A program made the position numbers and the translations under genes. Shown here one piece after another: positions 38,645 through 50,127 of a DNA stretch of 64,000 bases (its first letter is position 1; every line of letters starts with the position of its first letter). Under the pieces are notes generated by a model. The model saw nothing but the letters and a program-made list of their open reading frames with translations, was not told the origin of the DNA and did no database searches. This stretch comes from an uncultured Rhodospirillaceae bacterium (GTDB lineage: Bacteria > Pseudomonadota > Alphaproteobacteria > UBA9219): NCBI GenBank assembly GCA_964587125.1, contig CAZPKC010000006.1, positions 7,881 through 71,880 on the forward strand, given 5' to 3'.

Positions 38645-39514
38645 TCAGTGAGACGAAAGCGCGTAGGGTTTGATGGGACGGAAAAACTCTTCAGAATCGG
38701 AATAAACGCGAATGATACGATCGGCCGTTCCGTCAAAAAACAGTTCGCCAAGCGCAACGTCGATCATCGTCTTGAACGCAACATCGCCCTGCGGCAAGCC
38801 AAAGGATGCCGCATAGACTTGCAAGGGACTCGTTTTATCGAGAATCTTCACTTTGCCCGGATTGGCTTTATCGTAGCTGAGAAAATCGGAATAGGTTACG
38901 CCGGTCGCATCGGCTTTCTTCGTTTCGACTTCCTGCAAAATCGAAGAAAAATCGTTCATCTGCGGCAACGATTTGATTTGAGCCTTTGGGAATCTTACGG
39001 GAGCCAAAAAGCTGAAGGCTTCTCCGTCAAGCACCGAGATCGTATAGGCCGGATCGTTCGCGTCATCCGTTTTATGAATACGGTTTTCATCCGCGCGAAC
39101 GACGAGATACGTAGGCGCGTAAAAAAGCGGCGCGCTGAAATCAATCTCGCGCGCGCGGCCCGAAATCACGCCAATCCCGGTGCAAATGGCGTCGTAACGA
39201 TGCGTCGCGAGGCCCTCGACAACCGTTCCCCAATTCGTTTCTTCCGCCCATTCGATACGCAGGCTAAGCTTCTTGCCGATCTCTTCCATAATGTCGTGCG
39301 AAATGCCTTTGATCTCGCCGGTTTTCAAGTCCTTGAAAAGAACGGGGCTCCATATCGCATAGCCGCAGCGGATTGTCTTTGTTCGCATCACGCGGTCGAA
39401 CGCCGTTTCCTGTTTGGCGGGAGTCGCGTTTTCGCGCCCCGCAGGACGCAGGGCGACAACCAACAACGCGATAAGGGCGACGACGAGAGACAAAACCGCG
39501 ATTTTGTTTTTCAT
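38645..39514 (-). CDS. Family-3 periplasmic solute-binding protein (amino-acid-binding PBPb type), orphan, embedded between nuoL and nuoM
   Basis: Signal peptide MKNKIAVLSLVVALIALLVVA. Bilobal SBP_bac_3-like sequence (RCGYAIWSPVLFKD...DAICTGIGVISGRAREIDFSAP). Intergenic gaps of 4 nt and 9 nt to nuoL and nuoM. Confidence 0.65.
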   Translation of the reverse strand: MKNKIAVLSLVVALIALLVVALRPAGRENATPAKQETAFDRVMRTKTIRCGYAIWSPVLFKDLKTGEIKGISHDIMEEIGKKLSLRIEWAEETNWGTVVEGLATHRYDAICTGIGVISGRAREIDFSAPLFYAPTYLVVRADENRIHKTDDANDPAYTISVLDGEAFSFLAPVRFPKAQIKSLPQMNDFSSILQEVETKKADATGVTYSDFLSYDKANPGKVKILDKTSPLQVYAASFGLPQGDVAFKTMIDVALGELFFDGTADRIIRVYSDSEEFFRPIKPYALSSH

Positions 39515-39518
39515 GGAA

Positions 39519-41471
39519 TTACCCTTTCAGCCAAAACCAGGAGACAAAACCCGCCAATCCCACAACTATCGCTAAGGCATACGTATAGATATATCCGCTT
39601 TCGAGCGCGCTGACGCGCCGCGCCAGACGCAGGGATAACGCCGCGATCCCGTCGGGGCCGAAGCCGTCGATAAAGGCATCGTCGCCCTTTTTCCACAAAA
39701 AGTCGCCCATCAAACGCGTAGGCGCCGCGAACAAAGCGTCGTAAAGTTCGTCGAAGTAGAATTTATGATAAACAAAGCGATAGACGCTGCCGAATGCCGT
39801 CGAAACGATCGCGGGCATTTCGGGATTTCTGATATAAAAAACGTACGAAAGGGCGATGCCCGAGACCGCGACGATAAAAGGCAGCCATTTGTAAACGGCG
39901 CTTACGCGTTCCGCAGCGGCAATGGAATCATGCGCGGGCAAAACAAAAATCGCGCCGTTCCAGAACGCGTCCCTGCCTGCGCCGCCGAACCATTGATACG
40001 CGAAAAAGCCTGCGAATATCGCTCCCAACGCCAAAGGCACGAGCGGCCCCAGCATGATCCATGGCGATTCATGCGCGTGTTCAAGAACGCGTTCTTCTTC
40101 GCGAGGTTCGCCGTGGAATGTCATAAACAAAAGACGCCCCGAATAGAACGCCGTCATAAACGCGGCGCAAAGGCCGAGGACATAAGAGAACGTGCCGATG
40201 CTCGTTCCCCGTCCCAACGCGGAATTCAAAATCAGGTCTTTCGAATAAAATCCCGCAAAGCCGAAAACGCCGTCGATGCCTATGCCCGCCAGAGACAAAA
40301 AGCCGATTGCCATTAAGGTATAAGTCACGGGCGCCGCGCGACGCAAGCCGCCCATCTTGCGCATATCCTGCTCGCCCGACAAAGCGTGAATGACGGAACC
40401 TGCGCACAGGAAGAGAAGCGCTTTGAAGAACGCGTGCGTCATCAAATGGAATATGGACGCCGAATAAGCCGACACGCCCGCCGCGAAGAACATGTAGCCT
40501 AGCTGGCTTATCGTCGAATACGCGATGACGCGCTTGATGTCGAATTGCGTCAGGCCTATCGCGGCCGCGAAGATGCAAGTCAAAGCGCCTATGACCGCGA
40601 CGAAAGCCAAAGCGCCGGGCGCGTATTCGAATACCGGCGACATGCGCGCGACCATAAACACGCCCGCCGTCACCATCGTCGCGGCGTGAATCAAGGCCGA
40701 AACTGGCGTCGGGCCTTCCATTGCGTCGGGCAGCCACGTGTGCAAGCCCAACTGCGCCGATTTGCCCATCGCGCCCATAAACAGAAGGAGGCAAACGGTC
40801 GTCAATGCGGGAAAGGAATGGCCGAGAAAAATCCATTTTGCCGAAGCGAGCGCGGACGCTTTCAGAAACATTCCGGCGTAATCGAGCGAGCCGAACAACG
40901 TAAAGCACCCGAAAATTCCGAGAATAAAACCGAAATCGCCTATGCGGTTGACCAAGAACGCCTTGATCGACGCGTCGTTCGCGGCGGGCCTTTCGTACCA
41001 AAAATCGATGAGCAGGTACGACATCAATCCGACGCCCTCCCAGCCGAAAAACATCTGCAAAAGATTGGCCGAGGTCGCCAACATCGACATAAAAAAGGTG
41101 AAAAGGCTCAGGTACGCCATAAAGCGCGGCTTGCTTTTATCGGCGCTCATATACCCGATGGAATAAAGATGAACCATCGACGACACGCCGTTGACGACAA
41201 AAAGCATCACGGCGGCAAGCGTATCGATCTTGACGCCCCAGCTTACCGAGAGCGTTCCCGATTGAATCCAGTCGAACAAAACGCGGGTCGTGGGATGGCC
41301 TTGCAGCGCGACCTCGCGAAATAAATAAACCGACAGGCACGCCGCCAGAAGAACGCAGCCGCACGTAACGGCCTCTGAGGCTTTGTCTCCTATGCGCCTT
41401 CCAAACAATCCGGCGATACCCGCGCCAAGAAGGGGCAAAAAAACGACCGCAATGTCAAAAGGAAAGTTCAT
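39519..41471 (-). CDS. nuoL: NADH-quinone oxidoreductase subunit L
   Basis: 650 aa, antiporter-like with long C-terminal extension. Confidence 0.9.
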   Translation of the reverse strand: MNFPFDIAVVFLPLLGAGIAGLFGRRIGDKASEAVTCGCVLLAACLSVYLFREVALQGHPTTRVLFDWIQSGTLSVSWGVKIDTLAAVMLFVVNGVSSMVHLYSIGYMSADKSKPRFMAYLSLFTFFMSMLATSANLLQMFFGWEGVGLMSYLLIDFWYERPAANDASIKAFLVNRIGDFGFILGIFGCFTLFGSLDYAGMFLKASALASAKWIFLGHSFPALTTVCLLLFMGAMGKSAQLGLHTWLPDAMEGPTPVSALIHAATMVTAGVFMVARMSPVFEYAPGALAFVAVIGALTCIFAAAIGLTQFDIKRVIAYSTISQLGYMFFAAGVSAYSASIFHLMTHAFFKALLFLCAGSVIHALSGEQDMRKMGGLRRAAPVTYTLMAIGFLSLAGIGIDGVFGFAGFYSKDLILNSALGRGTSIGTFSYVLGLCAAFMTAFYSGRLLFMTFHGEPREEERVLEHAHESPWIMLGPLVPLALGAIFAGFFAYQWFGGAGRDAFWNGAIFVLPAHDSIAAAERVSAVYKWLPFIVAVSGIALSYVFYIRNPEMPAIVSTAFGSVYRFVYHKFYFDELYDALFAAPTRLMGDFLWKKGDDAFIDGFGPDGIAALSLRLARRVSALESGYIYTYALAIVVGLAGFVSWFWLKG

Positions 41472-41779
41472 GGGTCCTTCATCAAGTTGGCGCGTTCGAC
41501 ATCGATGTCGCCGCGATTGCGGAAGTAGGAGACCAAAATTGCAAGGCCTATCGCGGTTTCGGCGGCGGCGACCGTCAAAACAAAAATCGTGAAAACCTGC
41601 CCGACCAGATTATGCTGAGTGACCGAAAACGCGACGAAATTGACGTTGACCGCAAGCAAGATCAGCTCGATCGACATCAAAATGACGATAATGTTGCGGC
41701 GATTGACGACGATGCCGACCAGGCCGATCGTAAACAAAATCGCGGCGACGATAAGAAAATGGGAAAGGCCTATGGTCAT
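41468..41779 (-). CDS. nuoK: NADH-quinone oxidoreductase subunit K
   Basis: 103 aa, 3 TM. Confidence 0.9.
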   Translation of the reverse strand: MTIGLSHFLIVAAILFTIGLVGIVVNRRNIIVILMSIELILLAVNVNFVAFSVTQHNLVGQVFTIFVLTVAAAETAIGLAILVSYFRNRGDIDVERANLMKDP

Positions 41780-42384
41780 AGCTCCACCCCCTGCCCCGTC
41801 GGGACTTTTTTGATTTCAACGGCGTCGGCGACGGATATTCCGGTTTGTCGGCGCGTTTTTTGGCGGCGCGCGTCTTTGCGGGAGCGCAGCGTCAAGACAA
41901 TCGCGCCCGTCATCGCCACAAGCAAAATAATCCCCGAAACCTGAAACGGAAGAAAATAATCGGTGTAAAGAACCCGCCCTAGCGCGCGGGTGTTTTCGAC
42001 CGTTCCTTCGGACGACGCCAGCGCCGTTATCGCATGAGGTTCCGTGACCCACGCGCTCGCGGTTAGCACGAGCTGCGCCAAAAGCACGAGCGCAACCGCG
42101 AAGCCTGCGGGCAAATAACGCGTATAGCGCCGCTTCAAGGCGCGGAAATCGACGTCGAGCATCATGACGACGAACAGGAACAACACCGCGACCGCGCCGA
42201 CATAAACGATCAGAAGGATGAAGGCGATGAATTCCGCCCCCATCATCAAAAACAATCCGGCAGCGTTGAAAAAACACAGGATCAGAAACAACACCGCGAC
42301 AACGGGATTGCGCGCCGAAATAACCATAACGGCCGATGCCAGAAGAACGGCGGAGAAGAGGTAGAAGATGACGGATGTTATCAT
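41776..42384 (-). CDS. nuoJ: NADH-quinone oxidoreductase subunit J
   Basis: Start placed at [10 protein letters not shown] (M52 of the track ORF). The upstream extension is R/K-rich and non-membrane. Confidence 0.8.
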   Translation of the reverse strand: MITSVIFYLFSAVLLASAVMVISARNPVVAVLFLILCFFNAAGLFLMMGAEFIAFILLIVYVGAVAVLFLFVVMMLDVDFRALKRRYTRYLPAGFAVALVLLAQLVLTASAWVTEPHAITALASSEGTVENTRALGRVLYTDYFLPFQVSGIILLVAMTGAIVLTLRSRKDARRQKTRRQTGISVADAVEIKKVPTGQGVEL

Positions 42385-42391
42385 ATAATTA

Positions 42392-42877
42392 TCACCTGTA
42401 TTTCGCGTCCGCTTCGAGATTTGCGGCGACTTCCGCTTCCCATCTGTCGCCGTTCGAGAGAAGATGGTCTTTGGTATAGTATAACTCTTCGCGCGTTTCC
42501 GTACCGAATTCGAAATTCGGCCCTTCGACAATCGCATCCACGGGACACGCTTCTTGGCACAGACCGCAGTAAATACATTTTGTCATGTCGATATCGTAGC
42601 GCGTCGTACGGCGGATTCCTTTTTCGTTTGGCGCGGAATCGATCGTAATCGCCAGCGCCGGGCAAATAGCTTCGCATAGCTTGCACGCGATGCAGCGTTC
42701 TTCGCCGTTGGCATAACGGCGCAAAACATGCTCGCCGCGAAAACGCGGGCTCAGCGGGCCTTTTTCATACGGATAATTGATCGTGACCCTGCGCCGGAAC
42801 AGATAGGAAAAGGTCAGCGCGAGGCCGCGAAGTATTTCGTAGAGGGAAAAAGTTTTAATGGGGCGAAGAAAGTTCAT
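42392..42877 (-). CDS. nuoI: NADH-quinone oxidoreductase subunit I (2x[4Fe-4S] ferredoxin)
   Basis: [12 protein letters not shown] and [12 protein letters not shown]. Confidence 0.9.
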   Translation of the reverse strand: MNFLRPIKTFSLYEILRGLALTFSYLFRRRVTINYPYEKGPLSPRFRGEHVLRRYANGEERCIACKLCEAICPALAITIDSAPNEKGIRRTTRYDIDMTKCIYCGLCQEACPVDAIVEGPNFEFGTETREELYYTKDHLLSNGDRWEAEVAANLEADAKYR

Positions 42878-42886
42878 GCTTTTCCC

Positions 42887-43906
42887 CTATTTCGGCAACT
42901 TGTCGAACAGAACAAGATACCCTGATGTCACCACGACCCAAAGCAGCGATACCGGCAAAAGGACTTTCCAGCCGATGCGCATCAACTGGTCGTAGCGATA
43001 GCGCGGCAACGTCGCGCGCACCCACAAAAACACAAAAAGGCACAGGGCGATCTTGGCGGCGAACCAGACGATGCCCGGGATGAAATCGAGCGCAGGGATC
43101 GGCGAAAGCCAGCCGCCCAAAAACAAAATGCTGGTGATCGCGCTCAGCAAAATCATGTTGGCGTATTCGCTTAAGAAGAACATCGCGAACGCCATCGACG
43201 AATATTCGGTGTGAAAACCGCCGACGAGTTCGGATTCGCCTTCGGGAAGATCGAACGGATGCCGGTTCGTTTCCGCCAACGCGCAAATAAAAGTAACGAC
43301 GAACATCGGCGTCAAAAGGCCGAATGCGAACCAGCCGTTGCGCTGCGCTTCGACAATCGCCGAGAGATTCAGCGAACCCGCGCAGAGAAGGACGGTGACG
43401 ATCGCAAGCCCCGTCGATACCTCATAGGAAACCATCTGCGCGGCCGAGCGCAGCCCGCCCAAGAATGAGTATTTGGAGTTCGACGCCCATCCCGCAAAAA
43501 CAATTCCATAGACGCTGAGCGACGAAACGGCGATCAGATATAAAACGCCGACGTTGATGTCCGCCAAAACCACTCCGGCTTGAAACGGGATGACCGCCCA
43601 AGCCGCAAGCGCGAGGAAAAAAGCGAAAATCGGCGCGAGAAGGAATATGACTTTGTTCGCGCCCGTCGGCAGAACCGTTTCCTTGCCCAAAAGCTTCACG
43701 CCGTCCGCAACCGGCTGCAACAAACCAAAAGGCCCCGTCACGTTCGGCCCGCGCCGCAGTTGCATCGCGGCCATAACCCTGCGTTCGGCGTACGTAAGAT
43801 ACGCGACGGCGGCTAAAAGCGGCAGCACGACGCACAAGACCTTGAGGACGATCCAGAGGAGAGGCCAGACAGAAGGCCAAACGGTATTGAAGAAAAAGTC
43901 TTTCAT
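42887..43906 (-). CDS. nuoH: NADH-quinone oxidoreductase subunit H
   Basis: 339 aa membrane subunit. Confidence 0.9.
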   Translation of the reverse strand: MKDFFFNTVWPSVWPLLWIVLKVLCVVLPLLAAVAYLTYAERRVMAAMQLRRGPNVTGPFGLLQPVADGVKLLGKETVLPTGANKVIFLLAPIFAFFLALAAWAVIPFQAGVVLADINVGVLYLIAVSSLSVYGIVFAGWASNSKYSFLGGLRSAAQMVSYEVSTGLAIVTVLLCAGSLNLSAIVEAQRNGWFAFGLLTPMFVVTFICALAETNRHPFDLPEGESELVGGFHTEYSSMAFAMFFLSEYANMILLSAITSILFLGGWLSPIPALDFIPGIVWFAAKIALCLFVFLWVRATLPRYRYDQLMRIGWKVLLPVSLLWVVVTSGYLVLFDKLPK

Positions 43907-43909
43907 GAT

Positions 43910-45955
43910 TTATTCCGGAGCCTCCTTTGAAAGAAGGGGCAGGATAACTTCGGCGCATTTCTTCATCGTCGGCGAGGCGCGGCTGATGGGATCGGTCGCA
44001 TAGAAATTCTCGATTGCGGGCGCGAACGGAATATTTTGAACGCTTCCCGCGCCGCCGAACCGCGACCACGCGGATTTTTCCGCAACGCCGATGTTGGCAA
44101 GCGCGGGAGCGCATTCGGCCATTTTCTCGCGCAGCTGCGTAATCGTGTCGAAAGGCAAAGGCGTTCCGAAAACGTCGGAGAAAGCGCGGATGATTTTCCA
44201 GTCCTCGCGCGCGTCGCCCGGCGGGAACGTCGCTTGCAACGCCAATTGCGGGCGGCCTTCGGTGTTGACGTAAGTTCCGGTCTTTTCGGTATAGGCCGCG
44301 CCCGGCAAAATCACGTCGGCATGATGCGCGCCTTTATCGCCGTGATGCCCTTGATAGATCACAAACGCATCTCCTAAATTTTTGAAATCGATTTCATCCG
44401 CGCCCAGAAGCCAGATCACATCCATACCGCCGCTAAGGATTTTGCGCGTTCCCGCGCCGCCCGTTTGCGGCAGAAAACCGAGATCGATTCCTCCCACGCG
44501 CGATGCCGCAAGCTGAAGGACATTGAACCCGTTCCAATCCTCGCGTATTGCATTAAAATGTTCGGCTAACTCTCTGACGGTTCTGTGTAAAGCAGCACCG
44601 TCTGAACGCGCCAAAGCACTCGCGCCGAGAATGAGCATCGGCTTTTTCGCGGATTTAAAAACCGCCGCGAATGCGCCTTCGCCGTTCATCAGATCGGAGA
44701 TGGATTGCGGCGTGTTGCCGATATATGCGTGCGGGTACGAAAGATCGGCCGGAGACCCTATGAGGCCTATGCGACAACCTCCACGCAGCCAGCGTTTGCG
44801 GATGCGCGCGTTGACCATCGTTCCCTCAACGCGCGGATTGGTTCCGATAAGCAAAATCGCATCGGCCTCTTCGATCCCCGCGATGCCGCTGTTCATCATA
44901 TAGGCCGCGCGACACGAAACGTCGTACTCCGCGCCGTCCTGCCTGCAATCCATGTTGGGCGAACCTATCGCCTCCATCAGGCATTTCAGCGCGAACATGG
45001 ATTCGCAATCCGCGAGGTCTCCCGCCAAGGCCGCGACGCGGGATGCCGCGCTGTCATGAAGTTTTTCGGCGATAACGGAGAAGGCTTCATCCCACGAAGC
45101 GGGAACGAGTTTTCCGTCACGGCGCACATAGGGCTTGTCGAGGCGTTGGCGTTTAAGCCCGTCGATAGCGAAGCGCGTTTTATCGTTGATCCATTCCTCG
45201 TTGATGCCGTCGTTGCGGCGAGGAAGGACGCGCATGACCTCGTTGCCGCGCGTATCGACGCGGATATTGCTGCCAATTGCGTCGAACACGTCGATGGTTT
45301 CGGTTTTCTGAAGTTCCCACGAGCGATAGGTAAAGGCCGCAGGTTTATTCGTCAAAGCCCCCGTGGGGCAGATGTCGATAAGATTGCCCGAAAGCTCGGA
45401 CGTCAGCGCGCGCGAAATATAGGTATCGATTTCAAGATTCTCGCCGCGATACATGCCGCCCAATTCGGGCGTGCCGCAAATCTCGTCGAGAAAACGGATG
45501 CAGCGCGTGCAATGGATGCAGCGCGTCATCGCGGTTTTGATAAGCGGCCCCAGTTCTTTTTCTTTAACGACGCGTTTGTCGTCTTTATACCGGCCGCAGG
45601 AACATCCATAGGCCACGGCTTCGTCCTGCAGATCGCATTCGCCGCCGCGGTCGCAGATGGGGCAATCGAGGGGGTGGTTGATGAGCAAAAGTTCCATCAC
45701 GCCTTGGCGCGCTTTTTTGACCATCGGCGTGTCTGTATGCACCACCATTCCCTCGGCGCAGGGTTGCGCGCAACTGGGAACTGGTTTCGGATTTTTTTCG
45801 ATTTCGACGAGGCACATGCGGCAATTGGCCGGAACGCTGAGCTTGTCGTGGCAGCAGAAATGCGGGATTTCGACGCCCGCCTGCTGCGCGGCCTGCAAAA
45901 TGCTCGTGCCCGCCGCGACTTCAAGTTGAATGCCATTGATGGTCAGTTTAGGCAT
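43910..45955 (-). CDS. nuoG: NADH-quinone oxidoreductase subunit G
   Basis: MPKLTINGIQLEV...; Fe-S cysteine clusters. Internal ATG chosen; the track ORF starts 9 nt upstream at an alternative start codon. Confidence 0.9.
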   Translation of the reverse strand: MPKLTINGIQLEVAAGTSILQAAQQAGVEIPHFCCHDKLSVPANCRMCLVEIEKNPKPVPSCAQPCAEGMVVHTDTPMVKKARQGVMELLLINHPLDCPICDRGGECDLQDEAVAYGCSCGRYKDDKRVVKEKELGPLIKTAMTRCIHCTRCIRFLDEICGTPELGGMYRGENLEIDTYISRALTSELSGNLIDICPTGALTNKPAAFTYRSWELQKTETIDVFDAIGSNIRVDTRGNEVMRVLPRRNDGINEEWINDKTRFAIDGLKRQRLDKPYVRRDGKLVPASWDEAFSVIAEKLHDSAASRVAALAGDLADCESMFALKCLMEAIGSPNMDCRQDGAEYDVSCRAAYMMNSGIAGIEEADAILLIGTNPRVEGTMVNARIRKRWLRGGCRIGLIGSPADLSYPHAYIGNTPQSISDLMNGEGAFAAVFKSAKKPMLILGASALARSDGAALHRTVRELAEHFNAIREDWNGFNVLQLAASRVGGIDLGFLPQTGGAGTRKILSGGMDVIWLLGADEIDFKNLGDAFVIYQGHHGDKGAHHADVILPGAAYTEKTGTYVNTEGRPQLALQATFPPGDAREDWKIIRAFSDVFGTPLPFDTITQLREKMAECAPALANIGVAEKSAWSRFGGAGSVQNIPFAPAIENFYATDPISRASPTMKKCAEVILPLLSKEAPE

Positions 45956-45964
45956 GCACTGCAC

Positions 45965-46155
45965 CGATAAAAAATGCCGTCATTCCGGAAAATTCGCTTT
46001 TTTGCCCCTGCTTGCAAAAATGCGAATTTATCCGGAATCCGATTTGCTTGGTTTGCTTACGGAAAGAGAACCAAATCGGATTCCGCATAAATTTTCTCTC
46101 GCTTTGCGAAGAGAAAATTTTGCGGAATGACGAGGATATATTGATGGCAGACGGG
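45965..46155. repeat. ~190-nt multi-hairpin element (three consecutive near-perfect stem-loops closed by an outer inverted repeat cgtcattccg/cggaatgacg), sitting between the GIY-YIG ORF and nuoG
   Basis: Read directly. Hairpin 1: attccggaaaattcgc...gcgaatttatccggaat. Hairpin 2: cggaatccgatttg...caaatcggattccg (14 bp perfect). Hairpin 3: aaattttctct...agagaaaattt. The outer ends (ccgtcattccg / cggaatgacgag) are complementary. Confidence 0.55.
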
Positions 46156-46449
46156 TTAGTTAAGATGGTCGTAGAGATCGATCCATTTCGGATTAAGCTT
46201 TTTAACAAGCTCGATCTTCCAAAGGCGTTTCCATTTTTTGACTTTCTTTTCAAAGGTAATGGCTTCGATTGCAGTTGGAAACTCGGCGCACCAGACAAGC
46301 TTTTTAAGGCCGTACTTTTTGGTATGTCCTTTGATAAGTCCTTCTCGATGCTCATGTGCGCGCCGCGCGATATTGTTTGTGACGCCGACATAGAGAGTGC
46401 CGTAAGGTTCGTCAGTGACGATATATACCCAAAAGCGCCTTTCATTCAT
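46156..46449 (-). CDS. GIY-YIG nuclease-family small protein (97 aa), inserted between nuoF and nuoG
   Basis: [29 protein letters not shown] matches the GIY-YIG motif (UPF0213/YhbQ-like). Its ATG overlaps the nuoF stop (ATGA). Confidence 0.7.
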   Translation of the reverse strand: MNERRFWVYIVTDEPYGTLYVGVTNNIARRAHEHREGLIKGHTKKYGLKKLVWCAEFPTAIEAITFEKKVKKWKRLWKIELVKKLNPKWIDLYDHLN

Positions 46450-47726
46450 GCCACCTTCGCTTTCTTGCGATAGTTTTCGATACGCTCGATCATAAGCGGC
46501 TTGAAGTGGCGGATGAGGCCTTGGATGGGCCAGACCGCGCCGTCGGCGAACGCGCAGATCGTGCGGCCTTCGATTTCCTTCGTCACGTCGAGCATCATGT
46601 CGATTTCGTCAACCGTCGCGTTGCCCTCGGCCATCCGCGTCATCATGCGCCAAAGCCAGCCCATGCCTTCGCGGCACGGCGTGCATTGGCCGCACGTTTC
46701 GTGCTTGTAAAAGCGGCTGATGCGCGCGACGGCGGAAATAATATCGGTTGATTTGTCCATCACGATCACCGCCGCCGTGCCGAGACTCGAATGAACGCTT
46801 TGCAGCGCGTCAAAATCCATCAGCACCGTGTCGCAGATTTCCTTGGGGATAAGCGGCATCGAGGAACCGCCGGGAATGACGGCAAGCAAATTATCCCAGC
46901 CGCCGCGAACGCCTCCGGCGTGTTTCTCGATAAGCTCTTTCAAGGGAATGCTCATCGCCTCTTCGACATTGCAGGGTTCGTTGACATGGCCGGAAAGGCA
47001 GAACAATTTCGTGCCGCTGTTTTTGGGACGTCCGAAGCTTGTATACCAATTCGCGCCGCGCCGGAGGATTTCAGGCACCGAGGCGAGCGTCTCGACGTTG
47101 TTGACCGTCGTCGGGCAGGAATAAAGTCCCGCGTTTGCCGGAAACGGCGGCTTGTTGCGTGGCTGGCCTTTTTTGCCTTCGAGGCTTTCCATGAGCGCGG
47201 TTTCTTCGCCGCAGATATAGCCGCCCGCCCCACGATGCAGATAAACGTCGCAATCCCATCCCGAACCCGCGGCGTTTTTGCCGAGCAGGCCGTAAGCATA
47301 AGCCTCGTCGATCGCCTGTTGCAGAATTTGGGCTTCGTTGAAAAATTCTCCGCGAATGTAGATATAGGCCGCATGCGCGTTGATCGCGAAGGCCGCGATG
47401 AGCGCGCCTTCGAGCAGACGATGCGGATCGTGGCGCAAAATATCGCGGTCCTTGCACGTTCCGGGTTCGGATTCGTCGGCGTTGACGAGAAGATAGTGCG
47501 GCTTCTCGGAGGGCTTCGGCATGAACGACCATTTCATGCCCGTGGGGAACCCTGCCCCGCCGCGTCCGCGCAAGCTCGATTTTTTGATTTCGTCGATGAT
47601 TGCGGATGCGCCTTTCCCGATGATTTCCGCCGTTTTATCCCAAACGCCGCGCCGCCGCGCGGCCGCGAGGTTCCAGCTCTCGAAGCCGTAAAGATTGGTG
47701 AAGACGCGATCTTTGTCTTTAAGCAT
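46446..47726 (-). CDS. nuoF: NADH-quinone oxidoreductase subunit F
   Basis: NAD/FMN-binding [10 protein letters not shown]; 4Fe-4S Cys motif. Confidence 0.95.
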   Translation of the reverse strand: MLKDKDRVFTNLYGFESWNLAAARRRGVWDKTAEIIGKGASAIIDEIKKSSLRGRGGAGFPTGMKWSFMPKPSEKPHYLLVNADESEPGTCKDRDILRHDPHRLLEGALIAAFAINAHAAYIYIRGEFFNEAQILQQAIDEAYAYGLLGKNAAGSGWDCDVYLHRGAGGYICGEETALMESLEGKKGQPRNKPPFPANAGLYSCPTTVNNVETLASVPEILRRGANWYTSFGRPKNSGTKLFCLSGHVNEPCNVEEAMSIPLKELIEKHAGGVRGGWDNLLAVIPGGSSMPLIPKEICDTVLMDFDALQSVHSSLGTAAVIVMDKSTDIISAVARISRFYKHETCGQCTPCREGMGWLWRMMTRMAEGNATVDEIDMMLDVTKEIEGRTICAFADGAVWPIQGLIRHFKPLMIERIENYRKKAKVA

Positions 47727-48324
47727 CTGGTTTCGCCTTTTCTTTCAGGCTCGTCGGCCCGCTTTGGGCGCACGATCCGCGGCGTCCCGTTTGCGAGCCC
47801 GCTTTGGGTCTTTTGCCGACTTTCAGCGCGTCAAGAATATTTTCCATTGTTTCAGGCGTGAGGTCTTCGTAAACATCGTCGTTGATCTGAACCACCGGCG
47901 CGTTGACGCACGCGCCAAGGCATTCGACCTCGCATAGCGTAAATTTTCCGTCCCCCGTCGTTTCATCCATGCCGATGCCGAGTTTCTTTTGGCACGCGTG
48001 GACGACGCCGTCCGAGCCGCGCAGTCCGCACGAAATCGCCGTGCAGATTTGGACAAGGTTTTCGCCGACGGGCTTCAAATTGAACATCGTGTAGAAAGTG
48101 GCGACCTCGTAAACGCGCACGGGCGGCATATCGAGCATCTTTGCGACCGCGTCCATCGCGGCTTGAGGAAGCCAGTTGCCGCACTGCCGCTGCGCGAGGT
48201 CGAGAAGAGGTATCACGGCGCTGGCTTGGCGGCCTTGCGGATATTTGGCGATAATTTTCTGCGCCTGCGCGAGATTTTCGGCGGTAAAGGCGAAGGGTTC
48301 GGGCTGTTGGTTCGCTTTCTTCAT
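47719..48324 (-). CDS. nuoE: NADH-quinone oxidoreductase subunit E
   Basis: 2Fe-2S thioredoxin-like fold ([12 protein letters not shown]...CLGACVNAP). Confidence 0.9.
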   Translation of the reverse strand: MKKANQQPEPFAFTAENLAQAQKIIAKYPQGRQASAVIPLLDLAQRQCGNWLPQAAMDAVAKMLDMPPVRVYEVATFYTMFNLKPVGENLVQICTAISCGLRGSDGVVHACQKKLGIGMDETTGDGKFTLCEVECLGACVNAPVVQINDDVYEDLTPETMENILDALKVGKRPKAGSQTGRRGSCAQSGPTSLKEKAKPDA

Positions 48325-49532
48325 CTATCCACCTCCCCGAACACAAGATCAAGGCTGCCGATGATCGCGACGGTATCGGCCAGCATATGGCCTTTGCAAA
48401 TTTCATCAATGGCTTGCAGATGCGCGAAACCCGTCGAGCGGATGTGGCAGCGGTACGGCCTGTTCGTGCCGTCCGCCACGAGGTAGACGCCGAATTCGCC
48501 TTTCGCGCTTTCAACTGCCGTGTAGGTTTCTCCGGCCGGAACGTGGAAGCCTTCGGAATAAAGTTTGAAGTGGTGAATCATCGCTTCCATCGACGTTTTC
48601 ATCTCGTCGCGGCGCGGCGGGGTCACTTTGCGGTCGTCGGATATAACAAGGCCTTCGGGCATGTCTTTCAGGCATTGGCGGATGATGCGCGCCGATTGGC
48701 GCATTTCGTTAAGCCGCACGAGATAACGCGCGAAGCAATCGCCCGTTTTCCCGACCGGTATGTCGAAATCGCACCGGTCGTAAACGTCGTAGGGCTGGGA
48801 CTTGCGCAAATCCCACGCGACGCCCGACGCGCGCAGCATCGGGCCCGAAAAGCCCCAATCGAGCGCCTGTTGCTTCGAAACAATGCCGATGTCCACCGTG
48901 CGTTGGCGGAAAATGCGGTTTCCGGTCAGAAGCTCTTCGAGATCGTCGATGAATTTGGGGAAATTCTCGGCCCACGCCTCGATATCTTCGGCAAGGCCTT
49001 CGGGCAAATCCTGATGCACGCCGCCGGGCCGGAAATAATTCGTGTGCATCCGCGCGCCGGACACGCGTTCGTAAAATTCCATCAGGATTTCGCGTTGTTC
49101 GAACCCCCACAAGGACGGCGTCACCGCGCCCAAGTCGATCGCAAACGTCGTGAGGCAGAGAAGATGATTCATGACGCGCGTGATTTCCGCGTACAGGACG
49201 CGGATATATTGCGCGCGCAAAGGCGGTTCGAGGCCGAGCAGTTTTTCTATCGCCAGAACGAACGCGTGCTCCTGCCCCAAAGGCGCCACGTAATCGAGGC
49301 GGTCGAAATAGGGAAGCGCCTGAAGATAGGTTTTGTATTCGATGAGCTTTTCCGTGCCGCGATGAAGAAGGCCGATATGCGGATCGGCGCGTTCGACGAC
49401 TTCGCCGTCCATTTCCAAAATCATGCGCAGGACTCCGTGCGCGGCAGGGTGTTGCGGGCCGAAATTGATCGTGAACGGCACGATCTTTTTGCCGTCGCGT
49501 TCCTCAGTCTGTTCGGGAAAGAAGTCGGTCAT
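48321..49532 (-). CDS. nuoD: NADH-quinone oxidoreductase subunit D
   Basis: Start at MTDFFPE (M16 of the track ORF). Confidence 0.9.
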   Translation of the reverse strand: MTDFFPEQTEERDGKKIVPFTINFGPQHPAAHGVLRMILEMDGEVVERADPHIGLLHRGTEKLIEYKTYLQALPYFDRLDYVAPLGQEHAFVLAIEKLLGLEPPLRAQYIRVLYAEITRVMNHLLCLTTFAIDLGAVTPSLWGFEQREILMEFYERVSGARMHTNYFRPGGVHQDLPEGLAEDIEAWAENFPKFIDDLEELLTGNRIFRQRTVDIGIVSKQQALDWGFSGPMLRASGVAWDLRKSQPYDVYDRCDFDIPVGKTGDCFARYLVRLNEMRQSARIIRQCLKDMPEGLVISDDRKVTPPRRDEMKTSMEAMIHHFKLYSEGFHVPAGETYTAVESAKGEFGVYLVADGTNRPYRCHIRSTGFAHLQAIDEICKGHMLADTVAIIGSLDLVFGEVDR

Positions 49533-50125
49533 TTTTCCCCGTCTCCCCGAAGTTGCACGTCCGTCATGCCTTCCCAAGGACTTAGGAAATCGAAATTGCG
49601 GAAGTCCTGCGGAAGCTTGACCGGCTCGTACACGACGCGTTTCTGATCCGCGTCATAACGAACTTCGACGTAGCCGGTCAGAGGAAAATCCTTGCAGAGC
49701 GGATGCCCTTCGAATCCGTAATCGGTCAGAATACGGCGCAAATCGGGATGGCCCGAAAAAGCGATGCCGAACATGTCCCACGCCTCGCGCTCGAACCAGC
49801 CTGCGGATTTAAAAACGCCCGTTGCCGTCGGAACAGGCGTATTTTCGTCAGTATGAAGTTTGACGCGTATTCGCGCGTTAAACTTCAGGCTGAGAAGCTG
49901 GTAGACGACTTCAAAGCGCTCGGGACGGTCGGGATAATCCGCGCCGCAGATATCCATAAGCTGGCTCATCATGATTTTGGGATCGTCGCGCAGAATTTGC
50001 AAAACCTCGACGATGCGCGCGCGCGGCACCGCGACCGACAATTCGCCGAGATCGACGGACGATTGAATGACTGCCGTGCCGAGGGCGCGGAGGACTTCGT
50101 CTCGAAGGTCTTCAATCGGAAACAT
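49529..50125 (-). CDS. nuoC: NADH-quinone oxidoreductase subunit C
   Basis: Start at MFPIEDL (internal Met). The track ORF's upstream extension is Arg-rich and runs through the nuoB region. Confidence 0.8.
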   Translation of the reverse strand: MFPIEDLRDEVLRALGTAVIQSSVDLGELSVAVPRARIVEVLQILRDDPKIMMSQLMDICGADYPDRPERFEVVYQLLSLKFNARIRVKLHTDENTPVPTATGVFKSAGWFEREAWDMFGIAFSGHPDLRRILTDYGFEGHPLCKDFPLTGYVEVRYDADQKRVVYEPVKLPQDFRNFDFLSPWEGMTDVQLRGDGEK

Positions 50126-50127
50126 GA

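Noticed and set aside
44705-45970. 421-aa plus-strand ORF antisense to nuoG, and similar ORFs (48387-49646 opposite nuoD, 46791-47861 opposite nuoF)
   Set aside because: Same artefact. The sense strands encode canonical complex I subunits with Fe-S motifs.
45948-46445. 165-aa minus-strand ORF spanning the GIY-YIG gene and the hairpin element in another frame
   Set aside because: Ser/Lys-rich and runs straight through the palindromic element. The alternative frame gives a clean GIY-YIG motif with ATGA coupling to nuoF.
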